From Stegostoma tigrinum (Eukaryota), in assembly GCF_030684315.1 (NCBI RefSeq), contig NC_081362.1, positions 61,717,744-61,781,743 on the forward strand: a stretch of 64,000 nt of DNA, given 5' to 3'. Under the pieces are notes generated by a model. The model was not told the DNA's origin. It did not search any database and saw only the letters and a program-made list of their open reading frames with translations. Shown here one piece after another: positions 13,394 to 25,164 of the stretch. Each line of letters starts with the position of its first letter. The stretch's first letter is position 1. A program made the translations under genes and the position numbers.

Positions 13394-14028
13394 TGAGACC
13401 ATAAGACATAGGAGTGGAAGTAAGGCCATTCGGCCCATCAAGTCCACTCTGCCATTTAAATCATGGCTGATGGGCATTTCAACACCACTTCCCTGCACTT
13501 CCCCCCCCCCCCCCCCAGCCCTTGATTCCTTCTGAGATCAAGAATTTGTCAATCTCTGCCTCGAAGGCATCCAACGTCCCGGCCTCCACTGCACTCCGTG
13601 GCAATGAATTCCACAAGCCCACCACTCTCTGGCTGAAGAAATGTCGTCTCATTTCAGTTTTAAATTTACCCCCTCTAATTTTAAGGCTGTGCCCACAGGT
13701 CCTTGTCTCCCTGCCTAACAGAAACAACTTCCTAGTGTCCACCCCTTCTAAACCATACATTATCTTGTAAGTTTCTAGTAGATCTCCCCTCAACCTTCTA
13801 AACTCTAATGAGTACAAACCCAGGATCCTTAGCCATTCATCATACGTTAAACCTACCATTCCAGGGATCATCCGTGTGAATCTCCGCTGGACACGCTCCA
13901 GGGCTAGTATGTCCTTCCTGAGGTGTGGGGCCCAAAATTGGACACAGTATTCTAAATGGGGCCTAACTAGAGCCTTATAAAGCCTCAGAAGCACATCGCT
14001 GCTCTTATATTCCAACCCTCTTGAGATA
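13394..14028 (-). mobile_element. Young 5'-truncated CR1-type LINE
   Basis: Open frame 13479-14015 (LYKALVRPHLEYCVQFWAP...LERVQRRFTRMIPG...LEFRRLRGDL) typical of the CR1 ORF2 C-terminus, followed by 3' UTR. Confidence 0.92.
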
Positions 14029-14285
14029 AAAGCCAGTTAAAACATTCAGAGAAAGGAAGATTGAGAAGAAACCTTTTGATTAGCAGATCTTATGAAGGAA
14101 GACAACAAAACTGTTTTCTCTCCATTCATGTGTTTTGCTTTCCCCTCATTTACATTGGTGCGTGTACAGACAAGGATGGACTTGGGAGTTTTACTCCTGT
14201 CCTTTACTGTGGTAGGCTGAAAGATGTTTTGGATTGCAATTTTTGAAACAACACCACTCTTATTTGTCCATATGATTAAAGTTAA

Positions 14286-14640
14286 GGGGAAGGTGATGGC
14301 GCATTAACAGTGAATGGTTAATCCAGAGACCCAGACAATGTTCTGGGGACTTGAATTTGAATCCGGCCACAGCAGATGATGGAATTTGAATTCAATAACT
14401 ATCTGGAATTAAGAACCTAATGATGACCATGGTCCAATGTTGGAAAAATCCATCTGGGTCACTAATATCCTTCAGAGAAGGAAACTGCCATCCCTTAACT
14501 GGTCTGGCTTACATGTGTCTCCAAATCCACAGCAATGTGGTTGACTCTTGACTACCCTTTGGGCAATTAGGGATGGACAATACATGCTGGCCTAGCCAAA
14601 GACGCTCATATTCCATGAATGAATAAAGAATTTAAAAAAT
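14286..14640 (+). mobile_element. Second tRNA-derived SINE family
   Basis: Homologous to 27845-28200. Its 3' tail (gggcaattagggatgg...atgctggcc) is shared with the LINE ends near 61700 and 17630. Confidence 0.75.
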
Positions 14641-16206
14641 CAAAAGATAGGAGTTTATTAACAAAGTTTTGAAAACACCTTTCAGCCTACCTCTAAGGGA
14701 CAGGAGTAAGTCAACGATATCTTGGTACACTGGCCTTAGGAGAGGCAAAGCAAGCCTACTGTCAATTCATTCCTAGAAGCACCATGAAGAGGGTTTCTTT
14801 CTGTACATCACTTCCAGCAGCAAGAGAATTTACAGAGTTTAATGTCCGATTCGCTGCTGATGACAGAGGCTTCACAGTTCCCTGCTTCTGAACTTCCTGT
14901 TATGCTGTCATTTTTTGTGTTTCTACCATAACCTGGATAAACAGAGATAATCATGGGATGGGATGGGGAATAGAAGAGAAAAGATGGCACTGTTTGGGGC
15001 AGGGGGTGTGATGAAAAGCAGATGTTAAGTAGTCTTAAGTGACTTTTAACACATGGAAATTAACTGCTCCTTCATCCAAACACACAAGCGCTCAAGAAAT
15101 TAACTCAGAAGAGACAGATAATAAATTACAATTTTGTCAAATTCAGAGGTATATGAAAGAAAATCCAATATCAGTTAAAAGTCCAGATGGTCGGTGTTCA
15201 AAAATATTTTCCTCAGTGAGCAGGGTTCAGTAGTTTTTCCTTCTTACAGGCAAAATGGAGGCTTTATTACAGCCAGCAACTTGGAAACAGATGGAGTATC
15301 TGAAGCAGGCTGGCAACTCAGCCCAGAGTCCTAATCTTTCTCTGAAGGTCAAACAGCAACTGACTTGCAAGCTTAAAACAATTTAACAAGCTCAAATTTC
15401 AATCACGACAAGAACAGACATTTCAGGTGCTGAGTGCCCATCTCAGGGGTGAATTGGAAGGTCATTATGCTAACAGTGGAGCTTGACCTCCTCCACGGTT
15501 TCCACCAAGGTGAAGCACTGTAAAATAATTAGCACCCGTTTAACACAAAGGGTTTTGAGGTTTATCCCTGTTCTGAGTTGGCTGGAGGCAATGGTTCATC
15601 CCTGGGCTTTTCGTGTCAGTTTTTGTTGAAATGTCTATACAACAGAGGATCCAGAAGCTTCTAGAAATCAGATCATATGATCAGCCTCAGCCATTTTACC
15701 ACAGTGCCCATCTTTTTCATTTTAAACAACAAAGATGTGAAGTATGGAAATATGAAGCAGAACACAGCCCTCGTTGGGATTCTCTTCATACCCTCAGGCC
15801 ACAGCAAATTAAACAAATTTGAAATAAAACACTTATCAGTAATGACAACCTGGTCTTCTCCATTTGCGACTGAAGCTCCACAGAATGTGGGTGACACTGA
15901 CATCTTCTGATGAGGTCTAACAGGCCTCTCAGTTGTATCAGAGATATCAAAATTTAATGAGAATAAGACAGGCAATCAACCACTGGGACAGCCCAAGATA
16001 TGATAAGATGCACATAGCCTAGTCGACCCTGCGAAATGTTCTGTGGTAACCGTGGACCTTGACTAAATTTTAGACAGTTGTCAAACAACAACCTGTCATA
16101 GCCATGTCACTGAATTAAACCTTTCAGCTAATATTCTAGACTCCGACAATAACAACCTTGATGGTAGAACAAACCCAAGAGATGTGGCAGCATAGTCGTA
16201 CATATC

Positions 16207-16522
16207 ACAGAATCCCTACAGTATGGTAGCAGGCCACTTGCTCATTGAGTTCATACCATGCCTCCAAAGAGCAGCCCACTACTTTATCCTTGTAACCCTG
16301 CATTTACCATTGCTAATCCACTGAGCCTGCATATCCCTGGACAACATGGGCAATTTAACATGGCCAATCAACCTGAATTGCACATCCAAATTCAGGGAGG
16401 AAACCCATGCAGACATAGGGATAATGTGCAAACTCCACACAGACAGTCGCCCAAGGCTGGAATCAAACCTAGGTCCCTGGTGCTTTGAGACAGCAGTGCT
16501 AACAACCGAGCCCCTGTACCAC
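16207..16522 (-). mobile_element. HE1-type V-SINE
   Basis: Reverse-complement match to the copy at 4380. Confidence 0.8.
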
Positions 16523-16917
16523 CTATCAGAAGGCAGTGAGCCCTCGGCATTCACTCCCAACCTAATAAAATCTCTTTTAAAAACTGTGCAAAAACGTTCA
16601 TTATTTCCACCACCAAGAAAACACCCATGTGGCCAGGGAACCAATTACAAGCAAAGCCCAATAAGGACAACGCTGATGTGGGGACAAGAGTGAAGGGAGG
16701 GGGTAGGGATTAAATCAAAATAGAACCTGATAGGGAAATAAAGCAATGCACCACCCACGGTGCTCACCTTCCCCTAAAGGTGACAACAACATTGGTGGAC
16801 ACAGTGTGCTCCCTCACCAAGAACACCCAGGCTGGAACATACTCACAGAAGAGGGACAGGAAGCCAGTCGAAATGAGCCCCCTCCACGGCCCGCTGCCTA
16901 GACTTGTTTATAGCCAG

Positions 16918-17020
16918 TTGAGGAAGGGTCACCGGACCCGAAACGTTAACTCTGCTTTCTCCTTCACAGATGCTGCCAGACCTGCTGAGCTTTTCCAGCA
17001 ACTTTGTTTTTGTTCCTATG
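16918..17020 (+). mobile_element. Short PLE-type terminal fragment with broken hammerhead
   Basis: TGAGGA-A-GGGTC-ACCG-GACCC-GAAACGTT; 9-bp TSD tatagccag at 16909-16917 and 17021-17029. Confidence 0.7.
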
Positions 17021-18433
17021 TATAGCCAGCCTGGTAGGGAACAGGATCTCCTCGAGGGGCTTCCACTTGCCCACACTCCTCCAGACCAGATGCCCAAAGA
17101 TCAGGAGCATGGGGCTGAAGTGTAATGGAATAGTCAAACCCAACAACTCAAGCATGGCACCATCCAAAATGAAAGTAGCTCAGTTGATTGGCACCTCATC
17201 TAACTTAACGTTGACTACCTTCATTATACCATTGCGGCAGCACTATGTACCAAGTGTACCGCAGCAACGCACCAAGCCTCCTTTGATAATGACTTGCAAA
17301 CCACACTCTCACTTAGAAAACACCAGGGCAGCAGACAAAAAAAGTCACTACGGAAGAAGGGTCCAGACTCGAAACGTCAGCTTTCCTGCTCGGCCTGCTG
17401 TGTTCATCGAGCTCTACACCTTGGTATTGCAGATGCTCCAGCATCTGCAGGTCCTACTACCTCCCTCTGACCGCCTACATGCCACACACGCACACACAAT
17501 CCAGAACTTGGATATAAATCACAGGTTCTTCACTATCACTGGGTTAAAATTCTGGATTGTCCAATTTAATAACAGCTTCATTGTACTCATTACCATGAAG
17601 CAAGGTGACAGCTCATCAGCACTTTCTAAAGGGCAATTAGGAAGCTAGCCTTGCCAGGAACTACCACATCCCATGTTTGAATAATAAAAAAAATCCCTGC
17701 CAACACCACTCTATAACAGATTTTAAAAAGGCAACAAGCCTTTTTAAAAAAAATCAAAACCACACCCAGTGTACAATTTTAAAAGTCTGCATAGCTCAAA
17801 ACGTGGCCGCGATATCCCCAGAACATAAATCACACCATGTCATTTATTCGCCGCACCTTTAAAAAAATACACATGCAAACTCAGAGGTTCAAACTTAAAA
17901 TAATTTTATTAAAAAGCGGGAAAAAAGGTTAAACTTACATATTTCAGTGTAATTGAATATTTTTATTCAGAACAAAGATTTTTTAAAAACATGACAAGTT
18001 ATTCGAGCAAAAAAATTCCAGAGCAGAATATGATCGAAAGTGCCACGTTAATTAAATTGGCAAGTGACTCTATTAACAACACCGGCTTTAAATATATAGT
18101 TCTTCAATAAAAATGTAATACAATATTTGACATGGTCAGAGCAGTAAAACCAGAACAAGTGCAAAATGTTGTAAATGGCGGGGGTAAAACGAAAATGCCG
18201 GGTAACAGTCTAAAAGCGAAACCTAGCTTCGTTTTACAGATACATATTTTTCTGCCTTTTAAAAAAATGTTAATACATAAATCACAGATTGTCAATAACT
18301 GACAGTGCTGACTATAAAAGTACATACGATTCTACATATTGAAGAGCAAATTCCTCCCTACCCCCCAAACACCCACTCCATCCTCCAAGGACAGGCTGTT
18401 AATCCCCGGCTCCCGGATCAGGCTGCCCCACAC

Positions 18434-18443
18434 ATGATGCAAT
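18434..18443. promoter_or_regulatory. C/EBP-ATF response element (CARE/AARE, ATF4 site) in EPRS1 intron 1
   Basis: ATGATGCAAT, an exact ATF4 consensus, 67 nt into intron 1. Confidence 0.65.
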
Positions 18444-18509
18444 ACCGTGTGCGGCAGTGGACCAAACGGCTTCACCCCCTCCACCGACCCGACCCCGGCC
18501 GACACTCAC

Positions 18510-18552
18510 CTAAGCAAGGGCTGGAGATGTTCACTGACAGAATCAAAGCCAT
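18510..18552 (-). CDS. EPRS1: EPRS1 coding exon 1 (start codon)
   Basis: ATG at 18552-18550, 43 nt encoding MALILSVNISSPCL-G, donor gtgagt. Lies in a CpG-rich region and resembles human MATLSLTVNSGDPPLG. Confidence 0.93.
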
Positions 18553-19369
18553 CTGCCGTACTGTTAATAACCGCCACCCGACTGACAGGCACCACCGGCG
18601 ATCAGCAGCCGCTTCCCCGCAGACCCGCGTCCACGATGAAGCGCACCGGCACCACTTCCGGGTGTCACACAGTCAACACCGCCCCCGACTCTTCACGTCG
18701 CTTCCGGCGTCTCGCCCCAATCTTCCCTCCTCTCCGAGGAACACGTAGGTGGTGCCGGTTCTCCTGAACGACTGAAGTTGTTCGAGCGTAGAAGGGATCT
18801 ATTGAAGTTGATTCAACCACTGTTCGGGGGTACTTGTCATATTCGTGACAGCGATGCGGGCACCTGGGCTTATTTTCACACAGATATGACAAATGGGCAT
18901 ATTCTGCCTAACTACCACGTATTAAACCTCAGAGCAGACATGCATACAGGATCGGAGAGGGTGTCGTATGGGATGGTGGTTTAAAGAGGGTTAATGCCAC
19001 ATGAACATTGTGTTCGTGTTGATAACTTTGATCCTGTTCTCCGTATAATGTATTTGTTGGAGTCGTGACCACCAGAACCACCGAAGACATCTAGCTTTCA
19101 CTGCCACAAATCCTTCTTATTGACATTGGGAAGTCGAAGAGTTCCCAAGTGCAGAACACCCACAAAAAGTTTTCAGCAAAACAGAGGCTCAGTCTTGATA
19201 AACATAAAATGTTTGCTACATAGTTAAGCACGATGACATCCGTTAGGGTACTTTGTGAGATTACAAACTGTAGTGAAGAGGGCTGTAAGTGTACAGGTTA
19301 GTTCTTTGCACAGCCTTTTATAGATACTTTAAATAAACCTGTATTCAAATACTGCAACACACCTCTAGA

Positions 19370-19495
19370 CGAGAAAACAGACTTAACGTTTCGGGTCCGG
19401 CGGCCCTTCCTCAGATGCTGCCAGACCTGCTGAGCTTTTTCAGCAACTTTGTTTTTGTTCCTGATTTACAGCATCCGCAATTCTTTTGGTTTTTA
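19370..19495. mobile_element. Partly inverted PLE-type terminal fragment
   Basis: Hammerhead segment on the - strand (19385-19414) fused to the downstream segment on the + strand; same family as 16918. Confidence 0.65.
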
Positions 19496-19659
19496 CACCC
19501 TTAGAGGTGGGACTTAAACCGGGTGTCCTGGCCTCGACAGAGGGGCATTTTCACGACACTACAAGCAACCTTCATAGTCTTTTGCAGTCAGGATGTGTAA
19601 ATCTTATTTTAGACGTCAGTTAATACGATAGATATCATTCACACATTGCATGTGTGAGC

Positions 19660-19860
19660 AAAGTCAAAAATCACAACACCATCTTACAATCCAATAGGTT
19701 TATTTGAAAACACAAGCTTTGGAGTCTCGCTCCTTCTTCAGGTGTTGGAAGCCAGACTCCAAAAGCTTGTGTTTTAAAATAAACCTATCAGACGTTAATT
19801 AGTGTCATGTGATTTTTGACCTTGCCCACCCCAGACCAACAGGGGCACCTCCACATTTGT
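19660..19860. mobile_element. Inverted-repeat PLE-type fragment
   Basis: Arms such as ataggtttatttgaaaacacaagctttggagtct / agactccaaaagcttgtgttttaaaataaacctat. Degenerate hammerhead CAC-CTGAAGA-A-GGAG..CTCC-AAA-GC-TT-GTG on the - strand. Related copy at 55248-55432. Confidence 0.65.
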
Positions 19861-20184
19861 GCAAGGAGACGGCTGTGTCCTGCTTTGAGAGGAGAAAATG
19901 TAACTGCAAGCTCTGAGATCTGCGTAATTATGTTTGACAAATGTAGATGTGCTGTTGCTACGTTAAAAAAAGTCATGTATTAGTAGAGCATGAATATTAC
20001 TAAAAAAAAGACATTTTGTTGAGCTATTCTATCTTGTACTCGTCAGAACATTCTCAAGAATACAAATTAAAGCGAAAACAACATTTTATACTATTACAAC
20101 ATGGCTTCTCATTTCAAACTGCAGCAAACTACGTATTCTACAAATATGTAGCAAATTAGATGTTTTAAATTGTTGAAAGAAAAT

Positions 20185-20490
20185 ATAGAATCCCTGAAGT
20201 ATGGAAGCAGGCCATTCAACCCATTGAGTCCACAGCGACCCTACAAAGAGGATCCCACCTAAACCCACCCTATCTCCATAATCCCACATTTACCATGGCC
20301 AATGCACTTATCCTGCACATCCCTGAACACTATGGACAATTTAGCATGGCAATCAACCATGGATGAAACCCACACAAACATGGGGAGAATGTCTGTGTGG
20401 AGTTTGCAGAGTCAACTGAAGGTGAAATCAAATCTAGGTTCCTTGTGTTGAGAGACAGCAGTGCTAACCACTGTGCCACCATGGCACCCT
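20185..20490 (-). mobile_element. HE1-type V-SINE
   Basis: Reverse-complement match with internal deletion/rearrangement. Confidence 0.75.
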
Positions 20491-22424
20491 AGACAATTAA
20501 TGTGACTCTAGATGCTAGCAAAAAGCAAACTAAGCAGCAATAAAAGTAGGACAAAGTTTGTGTTATAAATCACATAAATCTTATAAATATGAAAATATGT
20601 TAGTGAAGTATTTTTAAGAACATTATTCATTTATATACTCATGCAGAATTCAGCCTTGGTTTCCACTACATTCGCCTGGGTAAACAGTTGGGCTGCTTCA
20701 AAAGCATGTTAATCAGTTTGGTCATTCTGTTTTTGCAGGAATCCTTGTTTGGACTTGGTTTAATTAAGAACTCCAACAAAAGCATTAAAGTCTGAATGAA
20801 CAGCAAGCATGTTGTCAAATTAATTTTAGAATCTTACTTCATCTAAACTGGGTTCTTCAAAGCCTATTTCTGTGAAGTCTAAAAGTATTTAGGAAGAACA
20901 CTTTGCAATAAGTGCAAATTGGGTTATCAAAATGCAGCACTGCATTGTTTCTGGTGCTTTTACATTTTTGCAATTTACTAGTATTGAAGCTTCTTGCATT
21001 TTAAAGCTAATTTCAATAAAGCACATAACTGAATGAAGAACAATATTTGTGTCATCAGATTTTTAAATGCAGTGAAGAATTCTGCAAGTTAATTTTTGCT
21101 GAAGATCAGAGGTCACTCTTCACACTCGCCTCCAGTGCACAAGTTTAAACTTGACAAAAATCAATAACTAACTCAGTACAGAGTTCACCTAACATTGGAA
21201 ATTTGAGTAACTTTATTTACATTTTCTGCAACCATGACTACCAAGTGTTCTGATGAAAAATAAAGACTTCTGTTTCAGGTTCAGGCTTGGCTTCTCCCTC
21301 AACTTCTATCCCATCCCAGGTGTGCTGAACCACATGGAAACGACTTAGCTGTTCCTTCTTATTTCCCTCCCCATCTCCACCACTCTGGTCACTAGCTCTT
21401 CTGACCCATCACCCATGCCCTGTCCACCACTGAGCCTGCGGTTCCACCAGTCCTTTCTCCAGGCCTGCCCATTCCCACACCTCCACCAAGTTTCTTGCAA
21501 CTGAGCACATCATCCATGTGTGATGAGTGGTGACTCCAGAGCCTGTGCAGACTTCCCAGTCCCTATTTGCAGCTTTTACTGGTAGAAGGGAACAGCAACC
21601 AAAACCAGGCAAGTTCATAATGTGTCATTCAAAATTCAGAATTCCAATAAAACTTCTCTTCATTGCTACTGTGATAGACAAGCCTCCCCTGCTTTTCTAG
21701 CCCTGCAATGCCAGAGGTTGAGGAACATGTTTGATACCTGAACAGTGACTGATCCCTCTCAGCAACACTTGTGTAGGGGTGGCTTGTACTTGGCTATGTA
21801 AAGGTGACTTGCCCCCAAACACATTAAGCAGCTCATACCAGCTTACTCGATGGCAGACAGAAGGAAGCAAAGCTAAACAGCCTGCTCACTGTGAAATACA
21901 ATGGTACGTTTGAACAAACTGCTAGAAAGTTAGTAAAAGAACACTATATGTTCCCATCCAGGACAGATCTAATAAAAAGGTGCCTTAGGGCAGAAAAATA
22001 ACCAATTCCAGCTTCATTAATGAAAGGATGATAATCCCAGTAAATTAATGACATCAGGTGCTAGATCAGGTCCTTTAACTGTTATCATTGTAGCTGATCA
22101 AGTTAGTTCATAGTAAACTGTTGCCTCTTTGAAGCTACCAGCAATATTAAATAGTTTCTATTTAAAAATGCTCTAATCACAGAAGTTGGTTTCAATACAT
22201 AACCAGGATATAATACAAACCTCAAAAAAAAATTTCAGCTTCGATGTGAAGATTAACTAGCCTTCGGAGTCACCTTCTCTTCTGTCCTGAACAAGACAGA
22301 TTGATCACAACCCATGAATTACAAAATGCTAACAGAAGTAGTTGTCTACATACAATTAACTTTATAACGGAAGTTAACCTTTTAACTAATTGCTCTAACT
22401 GACTGACTTTTTATTTATACATTA

Positions 22425-22957
22425 TGTAATGGGGACAGTGGAAAATAAAACAACTAACTGAATATGATAAAAGATAACATCAAAATATAATGGGTAACAG
22501 AATTCGAGCTGTTCCTTCAGATAAACAAGCCTGAGAAAGACTCGAAGGAGTTTAGCCATTAAGCCTTTGGAATGTGAATGAATAGGATGCATAGAAGGAT
22601 CGCAAGGCCCAGAGATTACAATGTCTAGCGAATACCATAAGATCATGGGAACCTGGGGCTGTCCACAGAAGGACCCATCATTGATTAGGTGTCCCACGGG
22701 ATTGGGTGTTTGGGTTAGGGAAAGGACAGCGAATATGTTGCATTTGATTATTGTAACACAAAATGTATAAAAATGCTGTATTTCTTTGTAAAAGCAGAAG
22801 GTGTATTATTGATCTATTTTCTGAAACCAGATTCAGGGAAGATCCCTTAGCCCTCTCCCTGCATAAACTGGTTTCTGCTTGAATAAATATCTTCCACTTT
22901 CCTGAATCCTTCCTGCCTCCTGAATCTTTGTCCCACGTCAGGAAAAACGCTCCTACA
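22425..22957 (+). mobile_element. Candidate solo LTR
   Basis: TGTA...TACA termini, TATAAAA at 22766, AATAAA at 22882, 533 bp; no clean TSD. Confidence 0.45.
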
Positions 22958-23416
22958 ACCTGCAAAAGAAAGAGACTCTCCATATTCTGAAGAAGGGTCC
23001 TAGCCCGAAGCATCAGCTTTCCTGTTCCTCTGATGCCGCTTGGCCTGCTGTGTTCCTCCAGCTCCATACTCCCATTGATTTTATGAGGCTAAGGTGATGC
23101 CTTGGGAGATCTACAACTGGCCTCCCACTCTGTACATAGCTCCCTTCAGCTGATGCAAAACTTATACATTCCTTTCAAAATTATATCTTCTGAAGCCTCT
23201 GACAAGCTCTTTATGAACCTAACTATTTTAGTTGGCTTCAAGGGAAGGCTTTCCAAGCACCTTAGTCAACACAGCTAGCACAGCAAAACTTTCCAAAATG
23301 AGTTGATTAGTCAATGCGAGTATAGTCATCCACAACACTCAACCTGCCCATTGCTGGGTGGGCGAAAACCAAACGTCATTTCTTTGAAACAGCACACTGT
23401 AAAGTATCAACTGCTA

Positions 23417-23422
23417 TTTATT
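23417..23422 (-). terminator. Candidate BPNT1 polyadenylation signal
   Basis: AATAAA on the - strand about 560 nt past the stop codon; usage not verifiable from sequence. Confidence 0.45.
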
Positions 23423-23984
23423 TAAATCAATGATGTCAAATATAAAGAAATCACAATTTTCGTGCAAACATTCACTTACTTCTCCACACCAGAAAAGATG
23501 GAAGATTAGTGAGAATCTATGCAAACAACAAGTTTGTCGAACTCGAGAAACCAATTTTCCACTGTGCAGAAATAACAAAGATCAAAATGTATTTAGATTC
23601 ACCAATGAGGACAAAATGCAATAGAAGGCAGCCCATGAAAACTGAGGCCAGATATTGTTGTAGAGAATCATAGAAAATTGCATCAGTTCAGTCAATTCAT
23701 AAGAAAAAGAGAATAATTTCCTACACTAAATGTTTCTACAATCAAGATTAGTTTCAGCTGACCCAACGTGTATAAAGTATGAAATCAAGTGAATTTTGCA
23801 CAACCACAAAACAGGTAGACAGTAGCTCTGTACATCAGCACTTGTACTGCAAAGTAGAAAGAACTCCCTCTTATTAATATTCACAGGACTGCAACTTATT
23901 TGAACAAGTAATAGATTAAACCAAAAGAACAATTTCAGACATTTGGTCATTCGAGGTTACAAAGGCAGCATATTAGAATTTTTT

Positions 23985-24133
23985 TTAGGGAACTAGTTCC
24001 TTTTTAACAGAGTCAGGAACACGGCTTGCATAGTAATCAAAGTTCCTTAAAGTTGCAAGCACTCCAGCTGAGTTCATATGCTTCACGTCTTTATGATACT
24101 GCAAGGGATTCCCATGAATATCTGTCAGCTTAC
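23985..24133 (-). CDS. BPNT1: 3'(2'),5'-bisphosphate nucleotidase 1, last coding exon (8)
   Basis: 149 nt, tttctag|. Encodes (G)[48 protein letters not shown] then TAA. Confidence 0.97.
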
Positions 24134-24439
24134 CTAGAAATAAAAACAATTACAATAAAACATTTGCCAAACAAGACAATGTGGGTGCTTTATTTGCAGC
24201 TACTGGAATTGGTTCACCCAGACAGTACCCTGTTGATACCTCTTGAATCTAATGAAGGTTCTAATAACCAGCCTATGTATGGTAACGTTGCAGAGGTAAA
24301 AATAGGTGTAACGTGTGATCAGAAGCACATTATGACTTTAAAATGTGACACCAAGCTTCTAAACAGACTGATTTAACCTCAGATTTCTCCTAGGAAGGAG
24401 AGGAACAGAGTCTACAGGTAGGGAAGAGGTACAATATTT

Positions 24440-24830
24440 AATTGGAGGAAACTTCTAAATCATTAAGGTCTAGATGTTGGAAAGCAGGCGAATAAAGTAG
24501 CAACAGGGGAGGAATCGAAGACAAAATTGATGCGAGGTATAGGTGGGTGTTGTCATCTACAATGGGAAAACTAATGCTGTGTTTCAAATCATCATCTTGG
24601 GGCAGCGTGCAGATGAGAAACAGGAGGACGACCGTGAAAAGTAGGAGTTTGTGGACAATAAGACAAGCAAGAAACTGCAAGTGATTTTCTGCTCGTGACT
24701 AGATAGATAAGAAGGAAAACTGTGTGACAGCAGTCTCATTCAGCTGGACAATAGTGAAGAGGCAGTCCTGGAAGAAGATGCAGTTAACCATGACAAAGGC
24801 TGTATCCAAGTCATGGAGGATGAGGAGGAA
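24440..24830 (-). mobile_element. Old L2-like LINE RT relic
   Basis: HSISFPIVDDNTHLYL resembles a decayed ISFHxYADDTQLYL RT motif. Confidence 0.45.
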
Positions 24831-25058
24831 ACATTCACATTTTTCAATCCATTCAGAAGTGTTATTTAATCTATGCATTAAATTTAGCTCCAAGATCATA
24901 TCCTGATATCACAACTTGAAGCCAAGTTTGACAGGCTCTTTGATAATCAAAAATCAAGCTGGGCAAGTCCACTCCACAGATTATATTTTATTCCATTGTT
25001 TGCTCGCAAATTTTAGTTTGAGGCTAATTCAGATTTAATAATATAAAGAAACAGCTAC

Positions 25059-25164
25059 CCGAAACAGCATGAAGGATAGCCTCAGGAGCACAGGTATCCC
25101 ATTTCTTACAGCCGGGACTGGCAAATACATAAGCGGAGGCCTTCCCCTCAATGAGTTGTATTAC
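25059..25164 (-). CDS. BPNT1: BPNT1 coding exon 7
   Basis: 106 nt, ttaacag|...|gtagct. Encodes [36 protein letters not shown], with the WD motif of the inositol monophosphatase family. Confidence 0.97.

Larger units (their letters stand above)
18400..18800 (-). promoter_or_regulatory. CpG-rich EPRS1 promoter / first-exon region
   Basis: Locally high CpG density. ETS/GABP-type CTTCCGG sites at about 18655 and 18701, GC box CCGCCCC at about 18679, CRE-like TCACGTC at about 18693. Confidence 0.75.

Noticed and set aside
17004-17648. 214-aa ORF
   Set aside because: Runs across fragments of different repeats (PLE ends and a LINE 3' end), so it is a chimeric chance frame.
18305-18984. Several ORFs overlapping the EPRS1 promoter
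   Set aside because: By-product of GC-rich, stop-poor promoter sequence; no homology recognised.
23151-23159. Other TGATGCAAA CARE-like 9-mers (also near 40770)
   Set aside because: Isolated in AT-rich DNA far from a TSS; expected by chance in 64 kb.
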